Origin: a virus
Taxonomy: Duplodnaviria > Heunggongvirae > Uroviricota > Caudoviricetes
DNA: 39,927 bases
Strand: one strand, 5' to 3'
IMG/VR virus record: IMGVR_UViG_2711768036_000007
The notes beneath the pieces were generated by a model. It ran no database searches, had not been told where the DNA came from, and was given only the letters and a program-made list of their open reading frames with translations. Positions 1 through 8,334 of the stretch are shown piece by piece (positions within the stretch are counted from its first letter, which is position 1; each line of letters starts with the position of its first letter). Both the position numbers and the translations under genes were made by a program.

Positions 1-1248
1 ATGGCACTGAATATTCCATTCAGAAATGCGTACTATCGTTTTGCATCCAGTTACTCATTTCTCTTTTTTATTTCCTGGTCGCTGTGGTGGTCGTTATACG
101 CTATTTGGCTGAAAGGACATCTAGGGTTGACAGGGACGGAATTAGGTACACTTTATTCGGTCAACCAGTTTACCAGCATTCTATTTATGATGTTCTACGG
201 CATCGTTCAGGATAAACTCGGTCTGAAGAAACCGCTCATCTGGTGTATGAGTTTCATCCTGGTCTTGACCGGACCGTTTATGATTTACGTTTATGAACCG
301 TTACTGCAAAGCAATTTTTCTGTAGGTCTAATTCCGGAGGCGCTATTTTTTGGCTTGGGGTATCTGGCGGGATGCGGTTTGCTTGATAGCTTCACCGAAA
401 AAATGGCGCGAAATTTTCATTTCGAATATGGAACAGCGCGCGCCTGGGGATCTTTTGGCTATGCTATTGGCGCGTTCTTTGCCGGCATATTTTTTAGTAT
501 CAGTCCCCATATCAACTTCTGGTTGGTCTCGCTATTTGGCGCTGTATTTATGATGATCAACATGCGTTTTAAAGATAAGGATCACCAGTGCGTAGCGGCA
601 GATGCGGGAGGGGTAAAAAAAGAGGATTTTATCGCAGTTTTCAAGGATCGAAACTTCTGGGTTTTCGTCATATTTATTGTGGGGACGTGGTCTTTCTATA
701 ACATTTTTGATCAACAACTTTTTCCTGTCTTTTATGCAGGTTTATTCGAATCACACGATGTAGGAACGCGCCTGTATGGTTATCTCAACTCATTCCAGGT
801 GGTACTCGAAGCGCTGTGCATGGCGATTATTCCTTTCTTTGTGAATCGGGTAGGGCCAAAAAATGCATTACTTATCGGAGTTGTGATTATGGCGTTGCGT
901 ATCCTTTCCTGCGCGCTGTTCGTTAACCCCTGGATTATTTCATTAGTGAAGTTGTTACATGCCATTGAGGTTCCACTTTGTGTCATATCCGTCTTCAAAT
1001 ACAGCGTGGCAAACTTTGATAAGCGCCTGTCGTCGACGATCTTTCTGATTGGTTTTCAAATTGCCAGTTCGCTTGGGATTGTGCTGCTTTCAACGCCGAC
1101 TGGGATACTCTTTGACCACGCAGGCTACCAGACAGTTTTCTTCGCAATTTCGGGTATTGTCTGCCTGATGTTGCTATTTGGCATTTTCTTCTTGAGTAAA
1201 AAACGCGAGCAAATAGTTATGGAAACGCCTGTACCTTCAGCAATATAG
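1..1248 (+). CDS. cscB: Sucrose:H+ symporter (LacY-family oligosaccharide permease), host gene
   Basis: 415-aa polytopic membrane protein; N-terminus MALNIPFRNAYYRFASSYSF and overall layout match my recollection of CscB/LacY family; no search run. Confidence 0.75.
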   Translation: MALNIPFRNAYYRFASSYSFLFFISWSLWWSLYAIWLKGHLGLTGTELGTLYSVNQFTSILFMMFYGIVQDKLGLKKPLIWCMSFILVLTGPFMIYVYEPLLQSNFSVGLIPEALFFGLGYLAGCGLLDSFTEKMARNFHFEYGTARAWGSFGYAIGAFFAGIFFSISPHINFWLVSLFGAVFMMINMRFKDKDHQCVAADAGGVKKEDFIAVFKDRNFWVFVIFIVGTWSFYNIFDQQLFPVFYAGLFESHDVGTRLYGYLNSFQVVLEALCMAIIPFFVNRVGPKNALLIGVVIMALRILSCALFVNPWIISLVKLLHAIEVPLCVISVFKYSVANFDKRLSSTIFLIGFQIASSLGIVLLSTPTGILFDHAGYQTVFFAISGIVCLMLLFGIFFLSKKREQIVMETPVPSAI

Positions 1249-1689
1249 ACGTAAACTTTTTCCGGTTGTTGTCGATAGCTCTATATCCCTCAACCGGAAA
1301 ATAATAATAGTAAAATGCTTAGCCCTGCTAATAATCGCCTAATCCAAACGCCTCATTCATGTTCTGGTACAGTCGCTCAAATGTACTTCAGATGCGCGGT
1401 TCGCTGATTTCCAGGACATTGTCGTCATTCAGTGACCTGTCCCGTGTATCACGGTCCTGCGAATTCATCAAGGAATGCATTGCGGAGTGAAGTATCGAGT
1501 CACGCCATATTTCGCTATCAGGATTCTGTGTGATGGTTACATCGCCCGGCTCAGGGCTGTTTAGTCATCAGCGCTTTCTGACAGTGCTGAGATTTCAACC
1601 TGTTGCAGTAAAAATGAGTAGATATAAGGCAAGTGTGCTGCCAAACCCATCTTTTACGGGGTGAAGGTAGATTTCGTTTGAAGGGTATC

Positions 1690-1704
1690 TGGTGTCCCCT
1701 GCAG
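1690..1704. repeat. Left attachment-site core (direct repeat, copy of argW 3-prime end)
   Basis: Exact 15-nt match to 38887..38901; its reverse complement CTGCAGGGGACACCA is the 3-prime end of tRNA-Arg argW as I recall it. Confidence 0.7.
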
Positions 1705-1763
1705 ACATCTACTTGACTCGGCAGGGGATTGATTAGAATGGTGTTTTTTAGATGTGAGAAATA

Positions 1764-1783
1764 TTTTACCCGCTATTTTACCC
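1764..1783 (+). promoter_or_regulatory. Putative integrase arm-type binding repeats (2 x TTTTACCC)
   Basis: TTTTACCC at 1764..1771 and 1776..1783; same octamer (both orientations) recurs next to the right att core at 38726..38770. Confidence 0.4.
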
Positions 1784-2023
1784 ATTGGCGCGGCTTAAGA
1801 GCTTATTTTTGAATTCACAATGATCACGATATAACCATCTTGCTCGCCCGTGGATAACTTTGGCTTTAGGCAGGTCTCCGGACTTAATCCGGTCATAGAT
1901 GAAGGTTTTACCGAAGCCAGTATCGGCCATGATGAATTTCAAATCAACCAGTGAATCAGGTTGTAGTTCGTGTTGCATGAGTGCTATCAGGTCTGGATAT
2001 CTTGATAAATGAAAATGCCTCAT
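1778..2023 (-). CDS. AlpA-family DNA-binding protein, probable excisionase/Xis
   Basis: Small ORF beside att site; motif TGFGKTFIYDRIKSGDLPKAKVIHGRARW resembles AlpA/Vis HTH; true start may be the internal Met (near 1978). Confidence 0.55.
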   Translation of the reverse strand: MRHFHLSRYPDLIALMQHELQPDSLVDLKFIMADTGFGKTFIYDRIKSGDLPKAKVIHGRARWLYRDHCEFKNKLLSRANG

Positions 2024-2038
2024 CGAGTGTGAGGCGGG

Positions 2039-2410
2039 TTAGTCCTTGCGTAGCTCGCTGATTCTTCTGTAAGTCTCTGGTGCTTTGTTCCCGTACGTCT
2101 TCATTTCAGACTTCAACAGAGCAACGAGTGAATCCCATTCGTTGAGGATTCCTTTGAATGCCGGAACGCGCTTTGCAACCTTGTCGAATGAATCTCTGAT
2201 TTCTGGAATCTGCTCAACAAGTGCAACGCATCGCCGAAAGTCTGCTGCGTCATGGGGAGCGCCGAAGTGATGACCATAGATATTCTTTTTCAGGCCACAT
2301 GCGATTGAGGCAAGAGTTGCGCTACTGATGCCGACATCGCCAGTTGATTGCCATTTCAAAACCTTCATAGCCAAATCTGACATTTCTTGTCTCCAATAAA
2401 AAACCGCCAT
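2039..2410 (-). CDS. Hypothetical early-left (ea region) protein, 123 aa
   Basis: ORF in track; start codon overlaps stop of upstream small ORF (TGATG coupling). Confidence 0.5.
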   Translation of the reverse strand: MAVFYWRQEMSDLAMKVLKWQSTGDVGISSATLASIACGLKKNIYGHHFGAPHDAADFRRCVALVEQIPEIRDSFDKVAKRVPAFKGILNEWDSLVALLKSEMKTYGNKAPETYRRISELRKD

Positions 2411-2577
2411 CAGGCGGCATGGTGTTCTTTCAGTTCTTCAATTCGAATATTGGTTACGTCTGCATGCGCTATCTGCGCCCATATCATCCAGTGGTCATAG
2501 CAGTCGTTGATGTTCTCTGCTTCGATAACTCTGTTGAATGGCTCTCCATTCCATTCACCTGTCACCCGGAAGTGCAT
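2410..2577 (-). CDS. Hypothetical small protein, 55 aa (MHFRVTGEWNGEPFNRVIEAEN...)
   Basis: Hand-translated; GGAG 8 nt upstream of ATG; stop overlaps start of 2039..2410; below the track 60-aa cutoff. Confidence 0.4.
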   Translation of the reverse strand: MHFRVTGEWNGEPFNRVIEAENINDCYDHWMIWAQIAHADVTNIRIEELKEHHAA

Positions 2578-2649
2578 TTATCATCTCCATAAAACAAAAC
2601 TCGCCGTAGCGAGTTCAGATAAAAGAAATCCCCGCGAATGCGAGGATTG

Positions 2650-2934
2650 TTATTCAGTGCCGATATTCACCTTTATCGCGAACACCTTTACCGGTTTATC
2701 GCCGAAGTGGGGATGTGTGATTGTCTTGATTTCATATCCGTCATACGGGACATCAATTCTGCGGCTGGAGTCGTCGCGCTTCGGATATCCCTTTGTGATA
2801 ATCAGGCGGTCATACTCGCGTAACATAATTCGCTTATTCCAGTAGTCATTACACAGGCGATACTCTTCCGTTTTCTCTCCGCGAATCATGGCATCGAAGT
2901 ATTCACCTTTAACGGCAAGTTGCAGGTTAGCCAT
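2650..2934 (-). CDS. ASCH/PUA-like (DUF3850-type) domain protein
   Basis: From internal Met: MANLQLAVKGEYFDAMIRGEKTEEYR resembles ASCH-like motif; GGAGG upstream; start overlaps upstream stop by 1 nt. Confidence 0.5.
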   Translation of the reverse strand: MANLQLAVKGEYFDAMIRGEKTEEYRLCNDYWNKRIMLREYDRLIITKGYPKRDDSSRRIDVPYDGYEIKTITHPHFGDKPVKVFAIKVNIGTE

Positions 2935-3194
2935 TACCGCACCTCCAGTTTCCATACCGCCTGACCAATCCGGCTGGCATAGGTATCTTTGGATACTGCT
3001 CCGTCTTTAGCCAGCTCCATAAGAATTTTGCGCAAATCTGCCGAACGCCATTCTTCATCAGGAAATTCCTTCTCCATTGCCAACCGCAGATTCCAGGTTG
3101 CTATCGTGAATGGATATTCCCCGCCGAGAGCTTTCTCTTGCAGGGCAGAACGGGAACGCATCACCTGCAAAACCTTCTCTTTTACATCCATCAT
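2934..3194 (-). CDS. Hypothetical ea-region protein, 86 aa
   Basis: ORF in track; ATGA-type overlap with upstream gene. Confidence 0.45.
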   Translation of the reverse strand: MMDVKEKVLQVMRSRSALQEKALGGEYPFTIATWNLRLAMEKEFPDEEWRSADLRKILMELAKDGAVSKDTYASRIGQAVWKLEVR

Positions 3195-3829
3195 TTTGCC
3201 TCCTGCGGCGGTTCTGGTAGTGGCATCCAGTGTGTGACATTGCTAATCAGACCATATTCATTAGTTTGAGGATGGTTGCCGTTATCGTCTCCATATTTAA
3301 GACTCTCCATAAAACCATAATGCTTATTCCCATTAACGCGCACAAAGCCGTAATAAGCTGGTATAACGCCGATCTCACACGTAATCAGCAAAGGAAAACT
3401 AGTTCTCCAATTTAGCTCGCCGATTACAGGCATTCTCTCACTACAGCTTATCCAACCATCCGGAGTTACCGGATTGTTGCCAGATAGCTCGTTCAACCTG
3501 TAAGTTTGGCTTACAGGTTCGGCTTCCAGTTCTGCTATGCGCTTCTCTGCGGCTTCCAGCTCAACACGCAGCTTCCCTACCGTTAGCGCAATTTCCTCGT
3601 TCTCCTGATCGCGGCGTTTTATGTATTGCTGGTCATCCAGTAGTGCCAGCACGGTTTCTGGTCCGGCCAGAAATTTGAAGGCGTTGAGCGCATCAATATC
3701 CACACCGTAATCTTTAAGTTCCTGTTCACTTAACAAATCATCATCAACTGGCAACATTAACAGGCGTTCCATTGCTTGAGTTGCACGTTCTGCCGCCATT
3801 CGCAGTGCCTGATAGTCAATCTTGCTCAC
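3191..3829 (-). CDS. Ead/Ea22-like protein with C-terminal DUF551-like domain
   Basis: 212 aa; coiled-coil N-part; C-terminal motif THWMPLPEPP typical of DUF551 prophage proteins (recollection). Confidence 0.5.
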   Translation of the reverse strand: MSKIDYQALRMAAERATQAMERLLMLPVDDDLLSEQELKDYGVDIDALNAFKFLAGPETVLALLDDQQYIKRRDQENEEIALTVGKLRVELEAAEKRIAELEAEPVSQTYRLNELSGNNPVTPDGWISCSERMPVIGELNWRTSFPLLITCEIGVIPAYYGFVRVNGNKHYGFMESLKYGDDNGNHPQTNEYGLISNVTHWMPLPEPPQEAK

Positions 3830-4133
3830 TGGTTGCCTCCTTTGCTGGGCTTTCTATCTTCTGAGTGGTTGTATCAAACTCAAACAACTTAACCACGTCA
3901 TCAAACAGGACATAATCGCCATCAGAATCTTCAGTCATGTCAGCGCCACAATCCTGACCGCACGAGTCACAACCACCCATATCAAGTTCGTATCGCTTCA
4001 GGTTTGCGATATTTGATAAATTCAGCGCCAGTACAGCCAGGTCATAAACCTCGTCAGCGGTATACCCTGCACCATGCCCATACATTTCAATGCGGGATAT
4101 GATTTCTTCTACACGTTGTTTTGTGATTGTCAT
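3816..4133 (-). CDS. Hypothetical ea-region protein, 105 aa, acidic Cys-rich
   Basis: ORF in track; start ATG overlaps stop of upstream small ORF. Confidence 0.45.
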   Translation of the reverse strand: MTITKQRVEEIISRIEMYGHGAGYTADEVYDLAVLALNLSNIANLKRYELDMGGCDSCGQDCGADMTEDSDGDYVLFDDVVKLFEFDTTTQKIESPAKEATSEQD

Positions 4134-4294
4134 TTTTTCCCACTCCGTAACATCGCATTCAGATATTTGTTTTGATTCACTGATGGAAAAGAATTTCTCT
4201 TAAGCAATTCCTCTCTCGATGGCATTGGCTTTACGCGTTGGCGAATAATCATTTCTGCCGGAAGAATGCCGGGATTGTATGCAAGTCCTCTCAT
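4130..4294 (-). CDS. Hypothetical small protein, 54 aa ([23 protein letters not shown]...)
   Basis: Hand-translated; AGAGGA RBS upstream; ATGA overlap with downstream gene. Confidence 0.4.
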   Translation of the reverse strand: MRGLAYNPGILPAEMIIRQRVKPMPSREELLKRNSFPSVNQNKYLNAMLRSGKK

Positions 4295-4310
4295 GGTAAA
4301 TTCCTCTTTG

Positions 4311-4625
4311 TTAATTTATTCGTATGCCTGCTCTTTCTTCATCGAGTTTTTTTAGCTTGTATCGCATAGCTCTTACTGAATAAATTGAGCGGCAGGTTGC
4401 AATTGCTATTTCTTCTGCGGAGAACTTACCGAAAAGTGATACTTCGGCTCTTGTCCAGCGTCTTCCACGAAGTCGGCTAACAATGTCAGCGCCAATCCTT
4501 GTTGCTTTCGCCATTACTGCTTTTTCAGTCCTTTCCAGTTTTTCAGCGATAACTTCAACTGGCATTGTCGCCGCTACTTCGCGCAAGAAATCGACTTCCC
4601 ATTTCTCCCATGGAGTCTTTTTCAT
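4311..4625 (-). CDS. Hypothetical protein, 104 aa, internally repeated, possibly DNA-binding
   Basis: ORF in track; two similar W..E..L...IA segments. Confidence 0.45.
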   Translation of the reverse strand: MKKTPWEKWEVDFLREVAATMPVEVIAEKLERTEKAVMAKATRIGADIVSRLRGRRWTRAEVSLFGKFSAEEIAIATCRSIYSVRAMRYKLKKLDEERAGIRIN

Positions 4626-4636
4626 AGTCGATACCG

Positions 4637-5125
4637 TTATTTGATAAGAAGTGAAGGTTTCCCAACTTTGAGTTGAGCGCCGGGGATATTTATTCCTGCT
4701 TTTAGTTGGTGTTTGATTGCCAGTTTGTCGGCTTTAATTGTCGTTTCAAACTCAACGTATTCAGGAGGAAGGGCGCTTGAGTCGATGATTTCTACAGTTT
4801 CTGACGGTTTGCGGATTGTTACCTGGTGAATACCTGCTCGAATCTTTTTCTTGCCAACCATTTCAAGCGATGACGCTATATACGCAATAATGCTGTCAAT
4901 CTTATTTTGAATTACTGCGGCTCGCTCATTTAGTGACTTTGCCTCTTCCTTGAGGCGTTCAGCATAACCAGATTCATTTTTAATAATGGCAAGAAGTTGC
5001 TCTATTTTATCGGTAAATTCTCCTTCCATGCCTTCTATTGTGTCAGCAATCATCTCTGGTTCTAAATCTGAATCCATCAATTTTGCGTATTCATTGGCAA
5101 TTTCATACAGTTTGCTCACTGGCAA
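4637..5125 (-). CDS. Coiled-coil protein next to recombinase (possibly Gp157-like accessory)
   Basis: 162 aa, directly downstream of RecT-like gene; family assignment is recollection only. Confidence 0.45.
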   Translation of the reverse strand: MPVSKLYEIANEYAKLMDSDLEPEMIADTIEGMEGEFTDKIEQLLAIIKNESGYAERLKEEAKSLNERAAVIQNKIDSIIAYIASSLEMVGKKKIRAGIHQVTIRKPSETVEIIDSSALPPEYVEFETTIKADKLAIKHQLKAGINIPGAQLKVGKPSLLIK

Positions 5126-6005
5126 CCTCCAGCTTCGCTTTGCATTCTATGTAAATGGCTTGTACGTTCTGCTGCAATTTCATTCCAGATGTCAGGCGAT
5201 ATGCTTCTGCAAAATATCGCTTCAAATCATCCATGTTTTCTGCCTGAGCCATTTCATCGCAAAGAAGTTGTGCTTTATCCATTATTTCCTGCTGGCGTTT
5301 CCGTTCATCTTCGCGGATATCTTCCTCTGATTTGTGCGGCATAACTGGTTCCTGATGCATACCTTCATCTTCGTTAAGAAGGTGAATGGCATTATCCAGT
5401 CGCTGGGCTTTAGGCCAGTATTTGCTGGCGCGTTTAACTATTGTTTTACGCGCCATCTCTTCCCAGAATGTTTTCCACGGTCCATTCTTTGCCTTGCTCG
5501 TTGCTTCCACAGCTTTAATTTCTGCCAGACTCATTTCTTCAGTCAGGTAGTCACCATCTGCTGTTTTAACCGTGCAATAACCTCCAACAATAGAGCCTCG
5601 CTCACCAAATGCGTTGTATTTGTGGGTTGGTGCTGAATCAAGGCCATTTGATTCATAGGTGTCGTTTGAGTACACCAGTTTGCATTGCCCCCACTTAATT
5701 GATCCTGTCGATTGCGCAAGATGAAGTAATCCCATGTAACTGATATCAAGGCACACCATGCCGTCGCGAGGAACCAGATAAGCCAGTTTGCTGGCCGGGT
5801 TTAAGGTGATGCCGATCGCCGCAACATTGATGATGGCGTTCTGTGCGCTGGTTGGATTTGCCAGTGCTGTTTTAGCCAGGTAATCGTTTTTCTGGAAATA
5901 CTGAATTGCAAACTGGCTTTCCTTAGCCCATGTCACCGTCTGTTCAGTCAATGCTCCGCAGAATAATTGCTCTTGCTGTTTAACGAATTCAACGATATTG
6001 CTCAT
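5103..6005 (-). CDS. RecT-family single-strand annealing recombinase
   Basis: Motif KNGPWKTFWEEMARKTIVKRASKYWP matches RecT conserved NGPW..HWEEMAKKTA region. Confidence 0.8.
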   Translation of the reverse strand: MSNIVEFVKQQEQLFCGALTEQTVTWAKESQFAIQYFQKNDYLAKTALANPTSAQNAIINVAAIGITLNPASKLAYLVPRDGMVCLDISYMGLLHLAQSTGSIKWGQCKLVYSNDTYESNGLDSAPTHKYNAFGERGSIVGGYCTVKTADGDYLTEEMSLAEIKAVEATSKAKNGPWKTFWEEMARKTIVKRASKYWPKAQRLDNAIHLLNEDEGMHQEPVMPHKSEEDIREDERKRQQEIMDKAQLLCDEMAQAENMDDLKRYFAEAYRLTSGMKLQQNVQAIYIECKAKLEVASEQTV

Positions 6006-6313
6006 GCAGCTTCTCCATAAATATGTCTGCGTTTGAATATTGCGAAGGCATATTCAGCCTTAACTCTTTCGGTTATTGCATCCCAGAACCATTCAGCTGC
6101 TTTTTCCTGATAGTTACAGTCATCATCTTCCAGCCAGTCGATAGCGTCCTTAGTGTGTTCATCTGGTTTATATGAGCGAAGCATTTCGCTTATTGGGTCG
6201 CAACGTTTGCAGAGACGATCAACTTCACTGTTGATTCGTTCGTAATCTTCATCGGTAAAACTTGCGATGATTTGCGATATTTCACGCTTATCATTCAGAG
6301 TCAGAATCATCAT
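6002..6313 (-). CDS. Hypothetical protein upstream of recT, 103 aa
   Basis: ORF in track; position of kil/gam-type accessory genes. Confidence 0.45.
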   Translation of the reverse strand: MMILTLNDKREISQIIASFTDEDYERINSEVDRLCKRCDPISEMLRSYKPDEHTKDAIDWLEDDDCNYQEKAAEWFWDAITERVKAEYAFAIFKRRHIYGEAA

Positions 6314-6394
6314 CTTTCTCCTGTTCTTTGTGCTGATTGAGCATTTCTTTCATCTGACGAATGAATTCTTCGTCTGACCAGTTATCTGTAAAAC

Positions 6395-6565
6395 TCATGG
6401 ACGGCCTTGTTGTTTCAAAATATCCCAAAGCTTTTCGAGCAAACTTTTCATTCTTGGTTGTTTAAAGTCTGCTCCGGTTAAAATATTTTTTCGTGAATGC
6501 TGTACCGATAAAATCGGGTTGAAAGGGCGAACCGATGCCGCCCCTGCAATAGCGAACTGTTGCAT
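6395..6565 (-). CDS. cIII: cIII-like protein (FtsH inhibitor), 56 aa
   Basis: From internal Met: MQQFAIAGAASV...SLLEKLWDILKQQGRP resembles lambda CIII (MQYAIAG...SLLERITRKLRDGWKRLIDILNQPGVP); AGGAG RBS upstream. Confidence 0.6.
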   Translation of the reverse strand: MQQFAIAGAASVRPFNPILSVQHSRKNILTGADFKQPRMKSLLEKLWDILKQQGRP

Positions 6566-6631
6566 AGGATGCTCCTTCTGTTTGATTGCATAACGAAAAC
6601 GCCTCTCGTGAAGCGTTATTGGTATGCATAT

Positions 6632-6655
6632 AAAAAGGCCCTCACATTGGAGGGC
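6632..6655 (-). terminator. Rho-independent terminator in the leftward operon (tL-like)
   Basis: Minus-strand hairpin GCCCTC-6nt-GAGGGC followed by U-run. Confidence 0.45.
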
Positions 6656-6791
6656 AAAGAAGATTTCCAATAATCAGAACAAGTCGGCTCCTGTTTAGTT
6701 ACGAGCGACATTGCTCCGTGTATTCACTCGTTGGAATGAATACACAGTGCAGTGTTTATTCTGTTGTTTATGCCAAAAATAAAGGCCACCG

Positions 6792-7043
6792 TCAGGCAGC
6801 CTTGTTGTAAATGTTACAGGTATCAAGTAAGTAATTAGATGGAGCGCCATAAATTATGAATTCATCGTTTGTCGGGTCCATCTCCATCTCTTGGCCTATT
6901 GCCATTCTTGCGTCAGTGTCATCAGCGGCGAAGCATAAAACAGCCCACGCACCCATTGTTTTAAAAAGAACTGCAATTGGCTGTGGTTTTACTGAATTTG
7001 CGTTAGCGCGAAAATCATAAATCGCACTTTCATGAAATTCCAT
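6792..7043 (-). CDS. Hypothetical protein between N and cIII, 83 aa
   Basis: ORF in track. Confidence 0.45.
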   Translation of the reverse strand: MEFHESAIYDFRANANSVKPQPIAVLFKTMGAWAVLCFAADDTDARMAIGQEMEMDPTNDEFIIYGAPSNYLLDTCNIYNKAA

Positions 7044-7051
7044 ATCTCACC

Positions 7052-7357
7052 TCAATCGTAATAAGCTGGAATTGATTTTCCGCGTTGCTTCTGGCGGCCT
7101 GAGCATGTCACACCCATTTCACTGCGTGGCTTGCGGTAGTAAATACGATTCTGTTTACGATCGACTTCTTCTGCCTTCTTGCAGCGAAGGCTTCCGAGTG
7201 ATGCTGCTTTATCTGCCCTGACGCAACCAGAGAGCTTTAGCGCAATTTTTCGCGCCAGTCGCTGCTCTTGCATTGCCTGTTCACGTTGAGCCTGTCTGCG
7301 TGCTCTGCGGCGATTTCTGGCGTTATCGTCAGCCAGATATGTAATGACTACTGTCAT
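7052..7357 (-). CDS. N-like transcription antitermination protein
   Basis: From internal Met (GGAGG RBS): arginine-rich motif DNARNRRRARRQAQREQA near N-terminus; first large gene downstream of nutL. Confidence 0.65.
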   Translation of the reverse strand: MTVVITYLADDNARNRRRARRQAQREQAMQEQRLARKIALKLSGCVRADKAASLGSLRCKKAEEVDRKQNRIYYRKPRSEMGVTCSGRQKQRGKSIPAYYD

Positions 7358-7689
7358 GTTGACCTCCGGGAAGGTACACATCCTTGTGTGTCGATGATTA
7401 TTTGTTTTTGCGTTCCCACATCCAGTCATCTACTTCAGACCAGATGGTGAAACCGAAGCCGATGGCGAATGTGGTAACTAAACCACCGAGAATTGGGTTG
7501 GTAATGATGTCTAACATTTTCTGTTCCTCAGATGATTAGCTTTGGTGGTGTGGTCGGTGGGAGACCCATTTCGACCCGCTTCGTCCGACTTCAATTCGGC
7601 AATAGTCCCGCAGGCCTCGCCGCTTTACGTGCGACATATTCCCGTCCATGAACCCTTCACCACACCCCAAAGCCAACTACTCTTTGGTT

Positions 7690-7729
7690 CCCGCATTTCG
7701 GCGGGACAATCCCATCAATGTTAAAGAGC
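7690..7729 (-). promoter_or_regulatory. nutL (boxA GCTCTTTAA plus boxB hairpin CCCGCCGAAATGCGGG)
   Basis: Same boxA/boxB pair, same 15-nt spacing, as the rightward copy at 9359..9401. Confidence 0.6.
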
Positions 7730-7777
7730 CTGCCAATCTGTTCCGTTTGGCTTCCAGCGTCCTGCTGATGGCTAAAG

Positions 7778-7863
7778 AATACTGTAGGTATTTTATTGTG
7801 TAAATACCCAAGGTATTTATTTTTGATGAAATAATGATAAACAAATGAATACAAAGGATATTT
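7778..7863. promoter_or_regulatory. OL operator cluster / PL region (AATAC-N5-GTATT sites)
   Basis: Palindromic 15-mers at 7778..7792 and 7803..7817, degenerate third at about 7849..7863; same motif in OR. Confidence 0.55.
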
Positions 7864-7948
7864 ATTTTTTCGCTGTCTGCTTGTTCAGTGATTTTTATGC
7901 GGGATATGTGAAGTGGATCCCGATAGCTATTGCTGCCGGGATTATGGG

Positions 7949-8317
7949 TTAGTCAGCGAAGGTTAAGACGAGAATTACCTTAATGATGTCTGCTACAACA
8001 GACACGGCCATAGATAAACCAAAGACGATCCAAGCCACAGTGATGTCTTCACTACCATCGTATAGAGTTCCGTAATCACTGGTGTAAGGCGTAAATGTCG
8101 CGCCTTGATACAATAGGTATAAGCTTGATTCATAGAGGATAAATGCAGATATCCCTTGTATTGCTATGATCACAAGAATCATGAAACGAGCTGATCTATG
8201 CGCCCAAGCCTGGCTTATTTTTTCTGATAGAGATTTCGCAATAAAAGCATGCGCTAAGCCGTAAATTGTCGAGATTGCCAACATCCCAAAAAAGCTTGCT
8301 ATAGCGGTTCCAACCAT
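7949..8317 (-). CDS. Small polytopic membrane protein co-transcribed downstream of cI (rex/sieB position)
   Basis: 122 aa from ATG with AAGGGG RBS (track ORF starts at TTG overlapping cI stop); about 4 hydrophobic helices; rare codons visible. Confidence 0.6.
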   Translation of the reverse strand: MVGTAIASFFGMLAISTIYGLAHAFIAKSLSEKISQAWAHRSARFMILVIIAIQGISAFILYESSLYLLYQGATFTPYTSDYGTLYDGSEDITVAWIVFGLSMAVSVVADIIKVILVLTFAD

Positions 8318-8334
8318 AATCGCCCCTTGCGTGA

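Noticed and set aside
350-998. Three short ORFs (350..553 +, 532..717 -, 780..998 -)
   Set aside because: All lie within or antisense to the cscB permease gene
1262-1297. Hairpin after cscB (CCGGTTG ... CAACCGG) as intrinsic terminator
   Set aside because: No U-run follows the hairpin in either transcript direction
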